From Alphaproteobacteria bacterium (GTDB taxonomy: Bacteria > Pseudomonadota > Alphaproteobacteria > Micavibrionales > Micavibrionaceae): 64,000 nt of DNA. Numbering within the stretch: position 1 is the first letter of the stretch; the number at the start of each line of letters is the position of its first letter. The translations under genes were made by a program, and so were the position numbers. Location: assembly GCA_016764775.1 (NCBI GenBank), contig JAESRE010000014.1, positions 21,771-85,770 on the forward strand. Reading direction: 5' to 3'. Positions 1 to 11,102 of the stretch are shown here, piece after piece. The notes below the pieces were generated by a model that was not told where the DNA came from, searched no databases, and saw nothing but the letters and a program-made list of their open reading frames with translations.

Positions 1-176
1 GCCGCACATTGTTGCTGGTTTCAACATTCGCCCTGCTCGGCTTCCTCGGGTATTTTACGGAGGAATATTTCGCTGATGTCACCGGCTGGCCTATCGCGCT
101 GATTATCATGGGTTTCATGCTGATCGGGGTGAGTGCGTATGCAATACGTCTGGGCCAAAACATGAAGCGGACATAA
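1..176 (+). CDS. 3' end of a membrane protein gene cut by the window edge
   Basis: Open frame from nt 3 to TAA at 174-176. Translation ..LLLVSTFALLGFLGYF..WPIALIIMGFMLIGVSAYAIRLGQNMKRT is two hydrophobic helices. No start codon inside the window. Confidence 0.35.
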   Translation, partial: RTLLLVSTFALLGFLGYFTEEYFADVTGWPIALIIMGFMLIGVSAYAIRLGQNMKRT

Positions 177-216
177 GAAGCTTTAACAGCTCCGCGCTTT
201 AGCTTAAAACTTTACC

Positions 217-2298
217 ATGGCCCGTCCCTTTGATCTTGATGCCCTGTTTCGTGCATTGACCACACTGCCCGGTGTGGGGCCGCGCAATGGAAAGCTTTTC
301 GAAAAACTGATCGGCGGACCGAAGGTACTGGACCTGCTGTTCCACTTGCCTGTCGATTTTATTGACCGCCGCTTTTCCCCCAAAGTTTCGGACGCCCCTG
401 CAGGGCGCATCGCCACGATGGAGCTGACGGTTATCGAGCACCTGCCCAACCCGCGCCGTAACCTGCCCTATCGTGTGAAAGCGCGGGATGAGAGTGGCGT
501 CATTACACTGACCTTCTTTCATGCCAATAAGGACTGGATACAAAAACAGCTCCCCGACCGCGAAAAGGTCATCGTCAGCGGCAAGGTCGAATTTTATCAG
601 GGCAACCCGCAAATGGTTCACCCCGACATCGCCAAGCCCGAGGAACGGGAAACATTAGAGACGATAGAGCCGATTTATCCGTTAACCGCAGGCCTGACCA
701 ATAAAACAGTGCGCAAAGCCATGCACGGGGCTCTCGGTTTTGTTCAGAAACTGCCCGAATGGCTGGACGAGAGCTATAAGACCAAACATCAATGGGCTGA
801 CTGGCATAAGGCGATCGAACAGGTCCACACGCCCGAGAGCGAGAAAGAGCTCTACCCCGAAAGCCCTGTACGCCAGCGCCTTGCCTATGATGAATTACTG
901 GCAAACCAGCTAACATTGTCCCTCGTTCGTCACCGCCAGCGCCGTATTAACGGACGAAGTTTCGAAGGTGACGGGTCTTTACGCGGCCCTTTTAGGGAAA
1001 ACCTGCCGTTCGAACTGACAGGGGCGCAAGAGCGCGCATTAAACGATATCAACACGGACATGGCCGAGCCCGCCCGTATGTTGCGCCTTCTGCAAGGGGA
1101 TGTGGGTAGCGGTAAAACGGTTGTGGCCGCCCTGGCGATGCTGAATGCCGTCGAGACGGGCGCACAAGCCGCGCTGATGGCGCCCACAGAAATTCTGGCC
1201 CGCCAGCACGCTGAAACACTTAGACCCATGCTGGATGCTCTGGGCGTGCATCATGTTACACTGACGGGACGCGATAAGGGCAAAACACGCGAAACGCTGC
1301 TCCAGCAAATCCGCAGCGGTGCCGCGCAGGTCATTATCGGCACACATGCCATTTTTCAAGACACCATCGAATTTTCCGATCTGGGCTTAGCGGTAATTGA
1401 CGAGCAGCACCGTTTCGGTGTGCATCAACGTTTAAGCCTGTCCTCCAAAGGGCGCGGCACCGATGTTCTGGTCATGACGGCGACCCCTATTCCACGCACG
1501 CTGACCCTTACGGCCTACGGGGACATGGATGTCAGCCGCCTTGATGAAAAGCCGCCGGGGCGCAAACCTGTTGAAACGCTGCTTATCCCGAATGAGAAGA
1601 TCGACAGCATGATTGACGGGCTGGAGCGTAAAATCAAAGACGGCGCACGTGTTTACTGGGTTTGCCCTCTGGTCGAGGAATCCGAAGTCCTCGATCTGGC
1701 GGCCGCTGAAGAACGCTTTGATATCTTACGTTACCGCTTCGGCAAGGTCGGACTTGTTCACGGCCGTATGAAGCCGCAGGAAAAGGACGAAGTCATGCAA
1801 CGCTTTGCCAGCGGCGAGTTGGACATGCTGGTCGCCACAACAGTGATCGAGGTCGGCGTGAATGTGCCCGAGGCGACGATCATGGTGATAGAACATGCGG
1901 AGCGGTTCGGTCTCTCTCAGCTTCACCAGCTGCGCGGGCGCGTGGGACGCGGCGGTGACCAATCCTATTGTTTTCTTGCTTATTCAGGACCACTGGGCGA
2001 AACAGCCAAGGAGCGGCTATCCGTTATGCGGGAAACCGAAGACGGATTTCTGATTGCGGAAAAGGACCTGAAACTGCGTGGTGGTGGGGATATTCTGGGC
2101 GTAAAGCAAAGTGGGTTGCCGCAATTCAAGCTGGCCGATTTAAGCGTACATGGAGAATTACTGGCAGCCGCGCGGGATGATGCCCGCCTGATTATAGAAA
2201 AAGATCCAGATCTCGAAAGTGAGCGTGGACAAGCACTTACTACATTGCTCTACCTTTTTGAGCGAGATCAGGCTATACAATATTTAAGGAGTGGATAG
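217..2298 (+). CDS. recG: ATP-dependent DNA helicase RecG
   Basis: 693-aa ORF with SF2 motifs GDVGSGKT, VIDEQHRFG, MTATPIPRT and QLHQLRGRVGRG. The N-terminal OB/wedge-like region and overall length fit RecG. Confidence 0.9.
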   Translation: MARPFDLDALFRALTTLPGVGPRNGKLFEKLIGGPKVLDLLFHLPVDFIDRRFSPKVSDAPAGRIATMELTVIEHLPNPRRNLPYRVKARDESGVITLTFFHANKDWIQKQLPDREKVIVSGKVEFYQGNPQMVHPDIAKPEERETLETIEPIYPLTAGLTNKTVRKAMHGALGFVQKLPEWLDESYKTKHQWADWHKAIEQVHTPESEKELYPESPVRQRLAYDELLANQLTLSLVRHRQRRINGRSFEGDGSLRGPFRENLPFELTGAQERALNDINTDMAEPARMLRLLQGDVGSGKTVVAALAMLNAVETGAQAALMAPTEILARQHAETLRPMLDALGVHHVTLTGRDKGKTRETLLQQIRSGAAQVIIGTHAIFQDTIEFSDLGLAVIDEQHRFGVHQRLSLSSKGRGTDVLVMTATPIPRTLTLTAYGDMDVSRLDEKPPGRKPVETLLIPNEKIDSMIDGLERKIKDGARVYWVCPLVEESEVLDLAAAEERFDILRYRFGKVGLVHGRMKPQEKDEVMQRFASGELDMLVATTVIEVGVNVPEATIMVIEHAERFGLSQLHQLRGRVGRGGDQSYCFLAYSGPLGETAKERLSVMRETEDGFLIAEKDLKLRGGGDILGVKQSGLPQFKLADLSVHGELLAAARDDARLIIEKDPDLESERGQALTTLLYLFERDQAIQYLRSG

Positions 2299-2631
2299 AT
2301 GATCTTACTCGCATTTATAGCTGCAACCATTTTGCCGTTCATGGCCCCTATCGTGTTCAGGAACGTCGTAAGTCTTGGTATTTACGGCGTTGCCACAGGG
2401 GCGACCTTATCCTTTTTTGCATTTGGTCTTCTGGATGAAACCATGATCATGACGCAGGGGTTGGCATTGACCATTCAATTGCTGCTCGTCATCTCCGCCA
2501 CACACCTGCTGGGTGTGTTTTCCCGCCTTACGGTTCTGTTCTATCAGGAAAAGCATAAACAACCCGCCGTTGACTGGTTAATCACGTTGGCATTTGCTGC
2601 TGTGATGCCTTTGGCAATGATTGCAGCTTAA
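2299..2631 (+). CDS. small integral membrane protein, function unknown
   Basis: 110-aa ORF starting immediately after the recG stop (TAG ATG). About 3-4 hydrophobic helices; no recognisable motif. Confidence 0.45.
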   Translation: MILLAFIAATILPFMAPIVFRNVVSLGIYGVATGATLSFFAFGLLDETMIMTQGLALTIQLLLVISATHLLGVFSRLTVLFYQEKHKQPAVDWLITLAFAAVMPLAMIAA

Positions 2632-3308
2632 GCTTTTTTCTTCGATTTTTTGAGAATTTCTTCTTCGCATTCTTCAGCCGGCAATTGCAGCTCTTTGCGA
2701 ATTTCACCCATCTGGCGAACAATACAATCAATGGTGGATGTGACCTGTTCCATTTCCTCACGGCTCGGAAGACCGTAGCCGCGTGATTTATCATCGCCGC
2801 CGATAACGCGGGCAGGAATACCCAGTGCGGTTTTGCCTTCGGGGATGTCTTGCGTGACTACAGAATTGGCGCCGACCTTGGCCCGCTTACCGACAGTTAC
2901 ATCACCGAGCACTTGCGCGCCGGCACCGATCATAGCGCCGTCGTCGATGGTCGGGTGACGTTTTTGGCCGCGTTCGCCGTTACGTCCAACACCGCCCAGC
3001 GTAACGCCGTGATAAATGGTCACGTCATTGCCGATAACTGCCGTCTGGCCGATGACAACGCCTGTGCCATGGTCAATAAACAGGCGTTCCCCGATTTGTG
3101 CTTCGGGGTGAATTTCAATACCTGTCAGAATACGGGCGAAATTGGCAAAGAAACGGGCCAGACCGCGCAAACCAAGCTTCCAGATCGCATTGTTCATGCG
3201 ATGGAAAAGAAGCGCATGGAAACCGTTATAACCGAAGAACACTTCCATGAAAGTCGGAGCAGCCGGATCGCGTTCGCGGATGGAATTCAAATCATCTATG
3301 AGGCCCAT
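2628..3308 (-). CDS. cysE: serine O-acetyltransferase
   Basis: 226 aa with hexapeptide-repeat core GIEIHPEAQIGERLFIDHGTGVVIGQTAVIGNDVTIYHGVTLGG and the N-terminal DPAA..FHAL..HR SATase helix region. Confidence 0.85.
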   Translation of the reverse strand: MGLIDDLNSIRERDPAAPTFMEVFFGYNGFHALLFHRMNNAIWKLGLRGLARFFANFARILTGIEIHPEAQIGERLFIDHGTGVVIGQTAVIGNDVTIYHGVTLGGVGRNGERGQKRHPTIDDGAMIGAGAQVLGDVTVGKRAKVGANSVVTQDIPEGKTALGIPARVIGGDDKSRGYGLPSREEMEQVTSTIDCIVRQMGEIRKELQLPAEECEEEILKKSKKKA

Positions 3309-3321
3309 GCTATGACTTCTC

Positions 3322-4083
3322 CTACTTGTCCTTTTTGCCCGACTTCACTTCATTGTCCCGGTCCTCAACCAGAACTTTCCTGTCGGGCGGGGTGATAATA
3401 CCCGCGGAAACGACCAGTTTTACGGCCTCTTCGACGGTCATATTCAAATAGGTTAGTTCTTTTTTGGGTACAAACAAGAGATAGCCCGAGGTCGGGTTCG
3501 GTGTCGTCGGCACGAAAACATTCACGGTTTCCTCGGACGTAATGCGTTGGACTTCGCCCTCGGTCACCCCTGTGACAAAGCCGATGGACCACACCCCTCT
3601 TCGGGGGTATTCCAGCATGACGGCCTCACGAAACGCCTGCGATTGGCTGGCCATGATGGTCTCAAAAATCTGTTTGGTCGCGCTGTAAACCGTACGGATA
3701 ACGGGCATGCGGTCCAGAATGAACTCATAGAACTTGATAATCAGGCGACCAAGAAAGTTTGTCGCTAACCACCCAACGGCAACAAAGAAGATCACAGCAA
3801 TGATCAGGCCGAGGCCCGGAACAGCCGTACCACTGTAATAGCCGCCGAAATACTGGTATTTCCACTCATCAGGTAACAGCCTGCCTACGTTCTCATCAAT
3901 GAAGGTCAGGAAGATATATGTCAGATAGATGGTAATGGAGATGGGCGCGGTTACAACAATACCGGTCAACAAATATGCCCGCAGACGTGTCATAACGCTG
4001 CGTTGGGGCAACCTGTAGCTGTCAGGATCGGGGACGTCTTTGTTAATAGCGTCTTCCTGAATATTGCTTTTCTTTTCGCTCAT
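3322..4083 (-). CDS. DUF502 family membrane protein
   Basis: 253 aa with two N-terminal TM helices. Conserved DUF502-like stretches RMPVIRTVYSATKQI and VFVPTTPNPTSGYLLFVPKKE. Confidence 0.65.
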   Translation of the reverse strand: MSEKKSNIQEDAINKDVPDPDSYRLPQRSVMTRLRAYLLTGIVVTAPISITIYLTYIFLTFIDENVGRLLPDEWKYQYFGGYYSGTAVPGLGLIIAVIFFVAVGWLATNFLGRLIIKFYEFILDRMPVIRTVYSATKQIFETIMASQSQAFREAVMLEYPRRGVWSIGFVTGVTEGEVQRITSEETVNVFVPTTPNPTSGYLLFVPKKELTYLNMTVEEAVKLVVSAGIITPPDRKVLVEDRDNEVKSGKKDK

Positions 4084-4155
4084 CGGCGCATCATGCCGTG
4101 GCTTTGCGTCGAAAGCAATGCAGGATTTAACGGTTTTTGATTTTCAGGCGGTATG

Positions 4156-4644
4156 TCAGACCGCCGTCCTAGTGGGGTGTTCCTTGAATATGATGTCAAC
4201 GAACAGCTTCTTTTCGCGGACTGAAAACGAAATATTGATGTCCTCATCATCCTCATCGGCACTTTCCTCAATCGAGGGAATGCCCATCTTCAGGGAATAC
4301 CCTTGGTCATTCAGATAGGTTTTGACCCTGTTGGAGACGATGTTGGCGATCTCCGCTGCGCAGGAATGAAAGCTTTCTTGCGTATTGGCGGCTTCCGGCG
4401 GGTAGATCATTCCCGATACGATTTGCAGAAACGGTTTTTCGAATGACACGAAAACAGCGCCCGACGCGGTCCCGTTTTTAAACACGGTCTTACAGACCAC
4501 GCCGTCGGCGATATTGTCCTCGTTATCCTTGTTCTGGAATTTTCCTATATCAATGTCGAAATAGGTTTTGAATGTGTCGCGCAACGTTTGTGAGACAATA
4601 TTCGTTATTTCATCTTCATGCGCTTTTAAAGTTTTAGCACTCAT
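4156..4644 (-). CDS. CheX-like chemotaxis phosphatase family protein (tentative)
   Basis: 162 aa, directly downstream of a CheY-like receiver. The pattern GTASGAVFVSFEKPFLQIVSGM..AAEIANIVSNRVKTYL..MGIPSI resembles CheX/CheC-type proteins. Confidence 0.45.
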   Translation of the reverse strand: MSAKTLKAHEDEITNIVSQTLRDTFKTYFDIDIGKFQNKDNEDNIADGVVCKTVFKNGTASGAVFVSFEKPFLQIVSGMIYPPEAANTQESFHSCAAEIANIVSNRVKTYLNDQGYSLKMGIPSIEESADEDDEDINISFSVREKKLFVDIIFKEHPTRTAV

Positions 4645-4674
4645 AGATTTTACCTTTACTCAGCCTTTTATATC

Positions 4675-5124
4675 CTAATCTGACAGCCCTTTACGCCAGC
4701 GCATTACGGTATCAATTGCACTTTCTAAATCTTCTCTCGATGCAGGTTTAACAGTATAGGCGGTAGCGCCCGTCTTCATCGCTTCGGAAACACTGCGTTT
4801 CTGGTTTTCCGCCGTTACCATCACGATGGCCATTTTGTGCAGGTCCGTATCCTCACGGCATTGCCGCAGGACTTCAAAACCGCTCATATCCGGCATGTGC
4901 CAATCGAGAAATACAACATCGAAAACACCACCATCGTCCTTGGCCTCCTGAATTCTGGCAAGGCCTTCGCTGCCCGAACGAGCAACCACCACTTCGCCAT
5001 AGCCCAGCTTTGTCAGCATGTCCTGTGTCATGGTGGTCATCATCATATTGTCATCGACAATCAATGCTTTCTGGTTGGACAGATCATGATCGAAATTTGT
5101 TTCTGTGCCTTCTCTTGCGTCCAT
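4675..5124 (-). CDS. single-domain response regulator (CheY-like receiver)
   Basis: 149 aa with acidic pocket IVDDN, phospho-acceptor FLDWHMPDMSG and conserved T (MVTA) and K (VKP). Confidence 0.85.
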   Translation of the reverse strand: MDAREGTETNFDHDLSNQKALIVDDNMMMTTMTQDMLTKLGYGEVVVARSGSEGLARIQEAKDDGGVFDVVFLDWHMPDMSGFEVLRQCREDTDLHKMAIVMVTAENQKRSVSEAMKTGATAYTVKPASREDLESAIDTVMRWRKGLSD

Positions 5125-5150
5125 TGTAAAATCCCTGATGTTTTTCGTAT

Positions 5151-7412
5151 TTAGGCCGCGTAACTGGCCGGATAGATCTTCAGCAATTCTTCCAAATTCC
5201 TGTCGAACTTATCGCTAACCCCCACAACCAGCGTTTCCAGCTCCTCGCTGTTTTCGTCTCTGGCTGCGTATTCTATTTTCGCAGCCAACCCCGCGACATA
5301 TGCCAGTCCGCAGACCTTTGACATGCTTTTCAGCTCGTGAGCCTTATGACGAATATCATCCATATTCTGCTCGATATCGTCGCCCAGCTGTTCCAGCTCG
5401 GTCACGAAGCTTTTCATGTCCGGCAAAAACTTCTCCAAGAAGGATATCACATATGCGCGGTCAAAAGAGGATTCCAATTCCTGAAGGTTTTCCAAATCAA
5501 TTGTGGTTACCGAAACCTCGCCTTCTTCGGGCAGCTGTTCTTCTCCCTCTTCCATGACTTCGGCAAAGGAATCGAAATCATCATCATCAAAATCTTCAAG
5601 AACCTTGTGTGGGAGCGCATTGGCGATTTCATTGATCAAGCGTGCAGGCTCAAACGGTTTGGGCACATAGCCTTGCATTCCTGAATCCGTGCATTTGCTC
5701 CGCTCTCCTTCAAAGGAGTGGGCAGACATAGCCAATACGGGCGTCTTGCCCATAGGTGCGTCGAGCGTTCTGATTTTTTCTGTCGCTTCAAAACCGTTCA
5801 TTTCGGGCATTTCGATATCCATGAGGATAACGTCGAACGGACTGTCTTTTGATTTCTTAACTTGCTCAAATGCCTCAGCCCCGTTAGCTGCAACGACCAC
5901 GTTATGGCCGTATTTTTGCAGTATGTCCTGCCCGACCTGAATGTTGATGGCATTGTCATCCACCAGCAAAATAGACAGGCGCAGCAACTCGGGAAGCTTT
6001 TCCCCGTTCAACTCCGCCATAGTGGCTTGCTGCGCCATATCGATAGGAATGACGAACCAAAAGGTAGAACCTTCGCCCTCCTCACTCTCTACACCGACTG
6101 AGCCGCCCAGAATATAGGCTATCTTCTTACAGATAGATAAGCCGAGCCCCGTGCCGCCAAAACGGCGTGTGATGGAAGAATCGGCCTGTGTAAATTCTTC
6201 GAACAGATTGTGTTGCAGCTCGCGCGGAATGCCGATACCCGTATCAATGATCGAGAATTTCAGCTCCTCTGCCGGATGCATGTTCCCCAAATTCTCAACC
6301 AGAATAGTGACGTCACCGTTCTCCGTAAACTTCACGGCGTTGCTCAGGAAATTCAATATTACCTGCCTCAAACGCGTCGGATCTGTTTTAACAAAGGGCG
6401 GTACTTCGGGGTCAATCCGGACTTTAATATCAATATTCTTCTCATGCGCACGGGAACGCATCAAATCTGCGCAACTGTTAACCAGCTTGATCAAATCGAA
6501 GTCAACGATCTCGACTTCCATACGTCCCGCTTCCGCCTTTGAATAATCCAGAATGTCGTTAAGCATGGTCAGCAAGGTTTCGGCAGAATAGCGGATAGTC
6601 TCCAGATAATTGTGCTGTCTGGTTGTCAGGTCTGTATCGCTCAATAGGTTCGCCATGCCCAGAATGCCGTTCATCGGGGTACGGACCTCGTGGCTCATTG
6701 TTGCCAGGAATTTTGATTTGGACTCACTGGCGCGTTCGGCCTCTTCTCTGGCCACAACGGAGACATATTTCTGCTTGATCAACTGCAGAGCGTTCAAACG
6801 CATCTCCGTTGCCAGCTTTTTCATGAAGACAATTTGTAAAATGGAAGCGAACGCCAGCGCATACATCGGGGTCTGGTCGTAATGGATACCCACATATAAG
6901 ACCGTCACCGCCGTGATCAATATGCGCGGAAACACCTCCAGATACATCAATGGCGGATACGCGCTGCTGGTGAATACGTTCTGTGCGACCGACACAAGGA
7001 CGACCGATACAATAAACATGAAACTTACGAGATCTTCATTGGCCTGATCCCAGCCCCAGATCACCAACGTTGTAAAAACGAGGGAATAGAAAAACCGAAG
7101 CGTGCAGATTTTTTTAATACTGCGCGCAAGCTGCTTTTCCGTAGGATTTTCCATGGCAAAAAATTGCTTACAGAAAATTCTCTGCATGATCGACAAACAG
7201 ATGATGATGCCGAGCCAAATAGCAATATAATCCCATGGGGTCCAAAGCTGGATAATTGCGCCAATAACGATGCAATATGCAGGGACGGCAATTGCACCGT
7301 CTTTGAAGCTTTTTACAACCACCGAGACCAGTTCGTGCTTCACGACCTGCTCAGGCACAAGCTGTGTAATGTCTTGATATAGTTGATTTTGCGTTCGTTG
7401 TTTGAAAATCAT
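5151..7412 (-). CDS. hybrid sensor histidine kinase / response regulator with C-terminal Hpt domain
   Basis: 753 aa with a multi-TM N-terminus. H-box [14 protein letters not shown]; N/G boxes [23 protein letters not shown]. Receiver [21 protein letters not shown]; Hpt motif [14 protein letters not shown]. Confidence 0.85.
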   Translation of the reverse strand: MIFKQRTQNQLYQDITQLVPEQVVKHELVSVVVKSFKDGAIAVPAYCIVIGAIIQLWTPWDYIAIWLGIIICLSIMQRIFCKQFFAMENPTEKQLARSIKKICTLRFFYSLVFTTLVIWGWDQANEDLVSFMFIVSVVLVSVAQNVFTSSAYPPLMYLEVFPRILITAVTVLYVGIHYDQTPMYALAFASILQIVFMKKLATEMRLNALQLIKQKYVSVVAREEAERASESKSKFLATMSHEVRTPMNGILGMANLLSDTDLTTRQHNYLETIRYSAETLLTMLNDILDYSKAEAGRMEVEIVDFDLIKLVNSCADLMRSRAHEKNIDIKVRIDPEVPPFVKTDPTRLRQVILNFLSNAVKFTENGDVTILVENLGNMHPAEELKFSIIDTGIGIPRELQHNLFEEFTQADSSITRRFGGTGLGLSICKKIAYILGGSVGVESEEGEGSTFWFVIPIDMAQQATMAELNGEKLPELLRLSILLVDDNAINIQVGQDILQKYGHNVVVAANGAEAFEQVKKSKDSPFDVILMDIEMPEMNGFEATEKIRTLDAPMGKTPVLAMSAHSFEGERSKCTDSGMQGYVPKPFEPARLINEIANALPHKVLEDFDDDDFDSFAEVMEEGEEQLPEEGEVSVTTIDLENLQELESSFDRAYVISFLEKFLPDMKSFVTELEQLGDDIEQNMDDIRHKAHELKSMSKVCGLAYVAGLAAKIEYAARDENSEELETLVVGVSDKFDRNLEELLKIYPASYAA

Positions 7413-7563
7413 AAGATGTTCAGCCCACTAAAAGAGTATCGCATCTTTTAAGCCCTTTAAAGACCTATAATTGTCTGATCTCCTTTAATAAATTATGAAT
7501 AAACCTAAAAAATATATGTTCTAATCAGGAAACCAATATCCACCGTAAGCGTATGATTTAACG

Positions 7564-8475
7564 ATGGCCGATACATATAATATTCTCATAAACCAGCAAT
7601 CGGGAACGGCTCTTGCAGCCGGACAAGAAAAGATCGAACGCTGGTTTTCCGATTCAGGGTTAAACGTTAAAAATTTGTGCTTTGCCGCGTCCGAAGACAT
7701 CCAGGAGCAACATTCGCGCTTTCTGGATACAAACACCCCGCTTTTGATTGGTGGCGGCGATGGCACAATCGCGTCTATCGCACCGGCCTGTATAAAACAT
7801 AAAAAGCCGTTCGGGATATTGCCGATGGGCACCATGAACTTGCTTGCCAAGGACCTCGGCATTCCCGATACATCGCAAGCAGCTATCAAGGCGTATGCCG
7901 AGAATGCCGTCGTAAAAACCATGGATGCGGGATTTGTGAATGATGAGTTGTTCTTATGCAACGCTTCGCTCGGCGCCATCCCAGAAACGACCAAGATCCG
8001 TGAAGGCCACCGCAGCATGAGCGAAACCGTTATCGCCCCGCGCCTTGCGTTGTTCGTTATGGAACATCTGGACGAAATGCATCACCGTCCATACGGTCTA
8101 CATCTTGGCAAAGGTAAAAAGATCAAAATCAAAACGCCGATGCTTGTCATCGCCAATAATTGTTACGAAGATTCCGGCTATAATCGCGACCACAGCTTTA
8201 AACGTGAGTCCCTGAACGCTAACATTATGGGGGTCTACTCAAGTCAGCCCTACACGTTCTGGGACAAAATCAGGTTTTTCCTGCGGCTTTCCCAAGGTGG
8301 GTGGAAAAAAGACCCGATCGTAAAAGAATGGAGAAGTTCGAGCGTGAAGATCACATCGAAAAACGAGACGGAGCTTGTAGCCCTTGATGGTGAGAACAGG
8401 AAGCTGAAGACACCCCTTATGTTCAGGATCGAGCATAACGGCCTGCAGGTTCTTGTCCCCGGAGATGACGCATGA
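7564..8475 (+). CDS. diacylglycerol/lipid kinase catalytic-domain protein (YegS/LCB5-like)
   Basis: 303 aa with the GGGDGT nucleotide-binding motif (LLIGGGDGTIASI) followed by GILPMGTMNLLAKDLG. Confidence 0.7.
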   Translation: MADTYNILINQQSGTALAAGQEKIERWFSDSGLNVKNLCFAASEDIQEQHSRFLDTNTPLLIGGGDGTIASIAPACIKHKKPFGILPMGTMNLLAKDLGIPDTSQAAIKAYAENAVVKTMDAGFVNDELFLCNASLGAIPETTKIREGHRSMSETVIAPRLALFVMEHLDEMHHRPYGLHLGKGKKIKIKTPMLVIANNCYEDSGYNRDHSFKRESLNANIMGVYSSQPYTFWDKIRFFLRLSQGGWKKDPIVKEWRSSSVKITSKNETELVALDGENRKLKTPLMFRIEHNGLQVLVPGDDA

Positions 8476-9047
8476 ATTCAAACCTGACGGAAATACTGAC
8501 CGATATCGATGAACGCACCAAGGGCGATAAGATTGACCTCATCAAAATTGTTGAGGCCTTGAAGCATCGTGGGTTTGGCCCTTTGATCATGGCGCCTGCG
8601 TTGATCACGGTTCTGCCGACCGGCGCAATTCCGGGCATGCCCTTGGTCTGCGGTATATTGATTATTCTTATCGCTACACAGCTTCTGGTTGGCAAAAAAT
8701 ATCCATGGTTGCCCAAGCGTCTGCAATCCGTTTCCTTTGGCCGCAAGCAATACAAGCGCGCACTGGAAAAGGCTAAACCCTACACCAGATGGATCGACGG
8801 CTTTTTTCACCCGCGCCTCAAGTTTTTAACCGGAGAAATTGCCCAAAGAACGATCGCCTTTTTGTGCGTCGGGCTGGCGTTGATGGTGATCGCGTTTGGC
8901 TTTGTGCCCTTTGCCGCCGCCCTGCCCGCAAGTGCTATTTTATTTTTCGGACTGGCGTTGAGTATTCATGACGGATTACTTACGCTGATCGGTATTACAA
9001 TGATGGCGGCCGCGATCATAACCATACCCTATATTTTTCAGCTATGA
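8472..9047 (+). CDS. ExoD-like exopolysaccharide synthesis membrane protein
   Basis: 191 aa, 4-nt overlap with the upstream gene. HRGFGPLIMAPALITVLPTGAIPGMP and a hydrophobic C-terminal half are typical of the ExoD family. Confidence 0.6.
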   Translation: MNSNLTEILTDIDERTKGDKIDLIKIVEALKHRGFGPLIMAPALITVLPTGAIPGMPLVCGILIILIATQLLVGKKYPWLPKRLQSVSFGRKQYKRALEKAKPYTRWIDGFFHPRLKFLTGEIAQRTIAFLCVGLALMVIAFGFVPFAAALPASAILFFGLALSIHDGLLTLIGITMMAAAIITIPYIFQL

Positions 9048-9832
9048 AGATTATCCATTTATCAGATTTACATTTCGGCACAGAAACCGATGACCTTGTT
9101 AACCTCACTCTGGAGCATATACGTGAGGCCAAAGCCGATTTTGTCATTATCTCAGGCGACTTTACCCAAATCGGCAATAAACCCGAATTTGTTGCCGCCA
9201 GACAGTTCATTGACGATATCATCCTGCCGACATTATGCATTCCGGGTAATCACGACGTCCCGCAGCGCAATCTATATGAGCGGTTCACACGGCCTTATAA
9301 AAAGTACAAAGCCCACATTTGCGATGATTTGATGCCGACTTATAACAATGATTTGGTTGAGCTTATCGGCATAAACTCCGCACGCCGTGCCCTGCCGCAC
9401 TGGAACTGGGCCAACGGAGCGGTTTCCTTACAACAGCGCAGCGCGCTGGAATCATTCTTTAAGGATACGCCTGCTGAAAAATGGCGCATCTGTACGATGC
9501 ACCACCCTATTCACAAGATTGCGGATATGCCGATTGATGTTACCGTCTTGGGCCGCAAGCGCACTCTCGAGTGCTTTCATACATTAAAGGTGGACTTGGT
9601 TCTGACCGGTCATGTGCATCACGCCGCATTCGACATGATTGGCGACGAACAGCATAAAACAGCCTTTATCAGTGCCTCTACGGCGCTTTCCTCGCGTAAA
9701 CGCGGGCATGAAAACGGCTTTAATATCATTGAGATTGATGGTCAGCACATGCATGTTCGCATGCTGAATTTTGAAGCACAGGGCTTTGTCGAAACAAGCA
9801 CGCACAGCTTCCGTAAGTCTTCATCCATTTAA
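9044..9832 (+). CDS. metallophosphoesterase
   Basis: 262 aa with calcineurin-like motifs IIHLSDLHFG, ISGDFTQ, GNHD and GHVHH. ATGA overlap with the preceding gene. Confidence 0.75.
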   Translation: MKIIHLSDLHFGTETDDLVNLTLEHIREAKADFVIISGDFTQIGNKPEFVAARQFIDDIILPTLCIPGNHDVPQRNLYERFTRPYKKYKAHICDDLMPTYNNDLVELIGINSARRALPHWNWANGAVSLQQRSALESFFKDTPAEKWRICTMHHPIHKIADMPIDVTVLGRKRTLECFHTLKVDLVLTGHVHHAAFDMIGDEQHKTAFISASTALSSRKRGHENGFNIIEIDGQHMHVRMLNFEAQGFVETSTHSFRKSSSI

Positions 9833-9847
9833 TTCAAATCGGAAAAT

Positions 9848-10582
9848 TTATTCATCGGCCAGATAGGCATCGATCGCACCGGCCTGACGTTCGGTCAGGG
9901 TGATTTCGGTGTTTTGCGTGGTCTGGTCGAAAGCTACATTTATATTGAGCGCGGCAAAGGGGGCTGCAAATATTTGCGTTCTACCTCTGAAACCCGGCTC
10001 TACAGCTTCAAAGTATATTTCATACAAGGCGTTGTCGGCGAAAGATACTCTTTCAACAGTACCTACAAGCTGACCGCCAATATCTCTGATCGGGCTTTCG
10101 GGGAGTGTGCGCAAGCTCACAAGATTTTCGAGTTTGTCTTCATGCTTTTTCTGGTAAGGCCAGTCAAAGAATTCGTTCGTGCTTGCGTTCACAACGATGG
10201 GACCAGCATCTGAAAACTCTTCCACTTCGCCAACAGAAACCAGTATCAGCTCTGCTTCCGCGTCTGTATCTTCAGTGCGTGTTTCTTCTATGTTGACGGA
10301 TATCCATTTGACCTCTCCTGTTTGGGGGTCGGCATAGACGTCGTAAAGAATGCCAAGTACTTCATTATCTGCGCCGTAAACCGTGAGGCCCAGCACACCT
10401 GTCATTTCGTTCAACACATTTTCGGGTGGCTGTTCGGGGGTCGCTGCGGCAGTATCATAGGCTAAAGCCGGTCTCGGCTCTTCCAGAACTTCGTTATCGA
10501 AGGCTTCGTTGTACAGTACGTAGGTCAAAACCACGATACCAAAGAAACATAATAATAACGCTATGGCGGCTGAAGCTCTCAT
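9848..10582 (-). CDS. membrane-anchored protein with PRC-barrel-like repeats (tentative)
   Basis: 244 aa with an N-terminal TM helix. Two segments (NEVLGILYDVYADPQTGEVKWISV; GGQLVGTVERVSFADNALYEIYF) resemble PRC-barrel strands. Confidence 0.4.
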   Translation of the reverse strand: MRASAAIALLLCFFGIVVLTYVLYNEAFDNEVLEEPRPALAYDTAAATPEQPPENVLNEMTGVLGLTVYGADNEVLGILYDVYADPQTGEVKWISVNIEETRTEDTDAEAELILVSVGEVEEFSDAGPIVVNASTNEFFDWPYQKKHEDKLENLVSLRTLPESPIRDIGGQLVGTVERVSFADNALYEIYFEAVEPGFRGRTQIFAAPFAALNINVAFDQTTQNTEITLTERQAGAIDAYLADE

Positions 10583-10591
10583 CGTATCTCC

Positions 10592-10780
10592 CTATTTCTT
10601 GGCGATGATGTAAACGGCGTGAACGATACCCGGAACGTAACCGAGTACAGTCAGCAGAACGTTAATCCAGAAATGCTTGGTAAAGCCGACTTCCATTGCT
10701 ACACCGATTGGCGGCAGCAATACCGATAACAAAATACGGATGAAGTCACCTTGTTCGTTACGTGCTTCTACATGTGCCAT
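10592..10780 (-). CDS. Pmp3/YqaE family small stress membrane protein
   Basis: 62 aa. LLSVLLPPIGVAMEVGFTKHFWINVLLTVLGYVPGIVHAVYII matches the UPF0057/Pmp3 signature. Confidence 0.8.
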   Translation of the reverse strand: MAHVEARNEQGDFIRILLSVLLPPIGVAMEVGFTKHFWINVLLTVLGYVPGIVHAVYIIAKK

Positions 10781-10782
10781 GG

Positions 10783-11049
10783 TTAAATCTCCTTACTTTC
10801 TGTGGTTGTCGGTTCATTGAGTTCATCGAGCAATGATGGCGGAACCTCGCTTCTCGGATCGGATTCCGGCAGCTCTTTCATGTAATTCTCGCGGTAGAAT
10901 TCCTCATCCATCATCTTCTCAACATTTTGCAGTTCAAGAATGGGTTCGGAAAACGGTATCTCTGCATTGTCTTCGACTGAGCCGGAATACGGCATGAAGC
11001 CAAGCAGGAAGAGCGTTCCGGGAATTATCAGTAATTTTCTTGTAAACAT
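10783..11049 (-). CDS. small secreted hypothetical protein
   Basis: 88 aa with an N-terminal signal-like helix. The downstream Pmp3 gene starts 2 nt after its stop. Confidence 0.4.
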   Translation of the reverse strand: MFTRKLLIIPGTLFLLGFMPYSGSVEDNAEIPFSEPILELQNVEKMMDEEFYRENYMKELPESDPRSEVPPSLLDELNEPTTTESKEI

Positions 11050-11102
11050 TGTTTCAATTCCTTCTGGTTTAGTAGGTAGACAACACCCGAAACGCGTAAC
11101 TC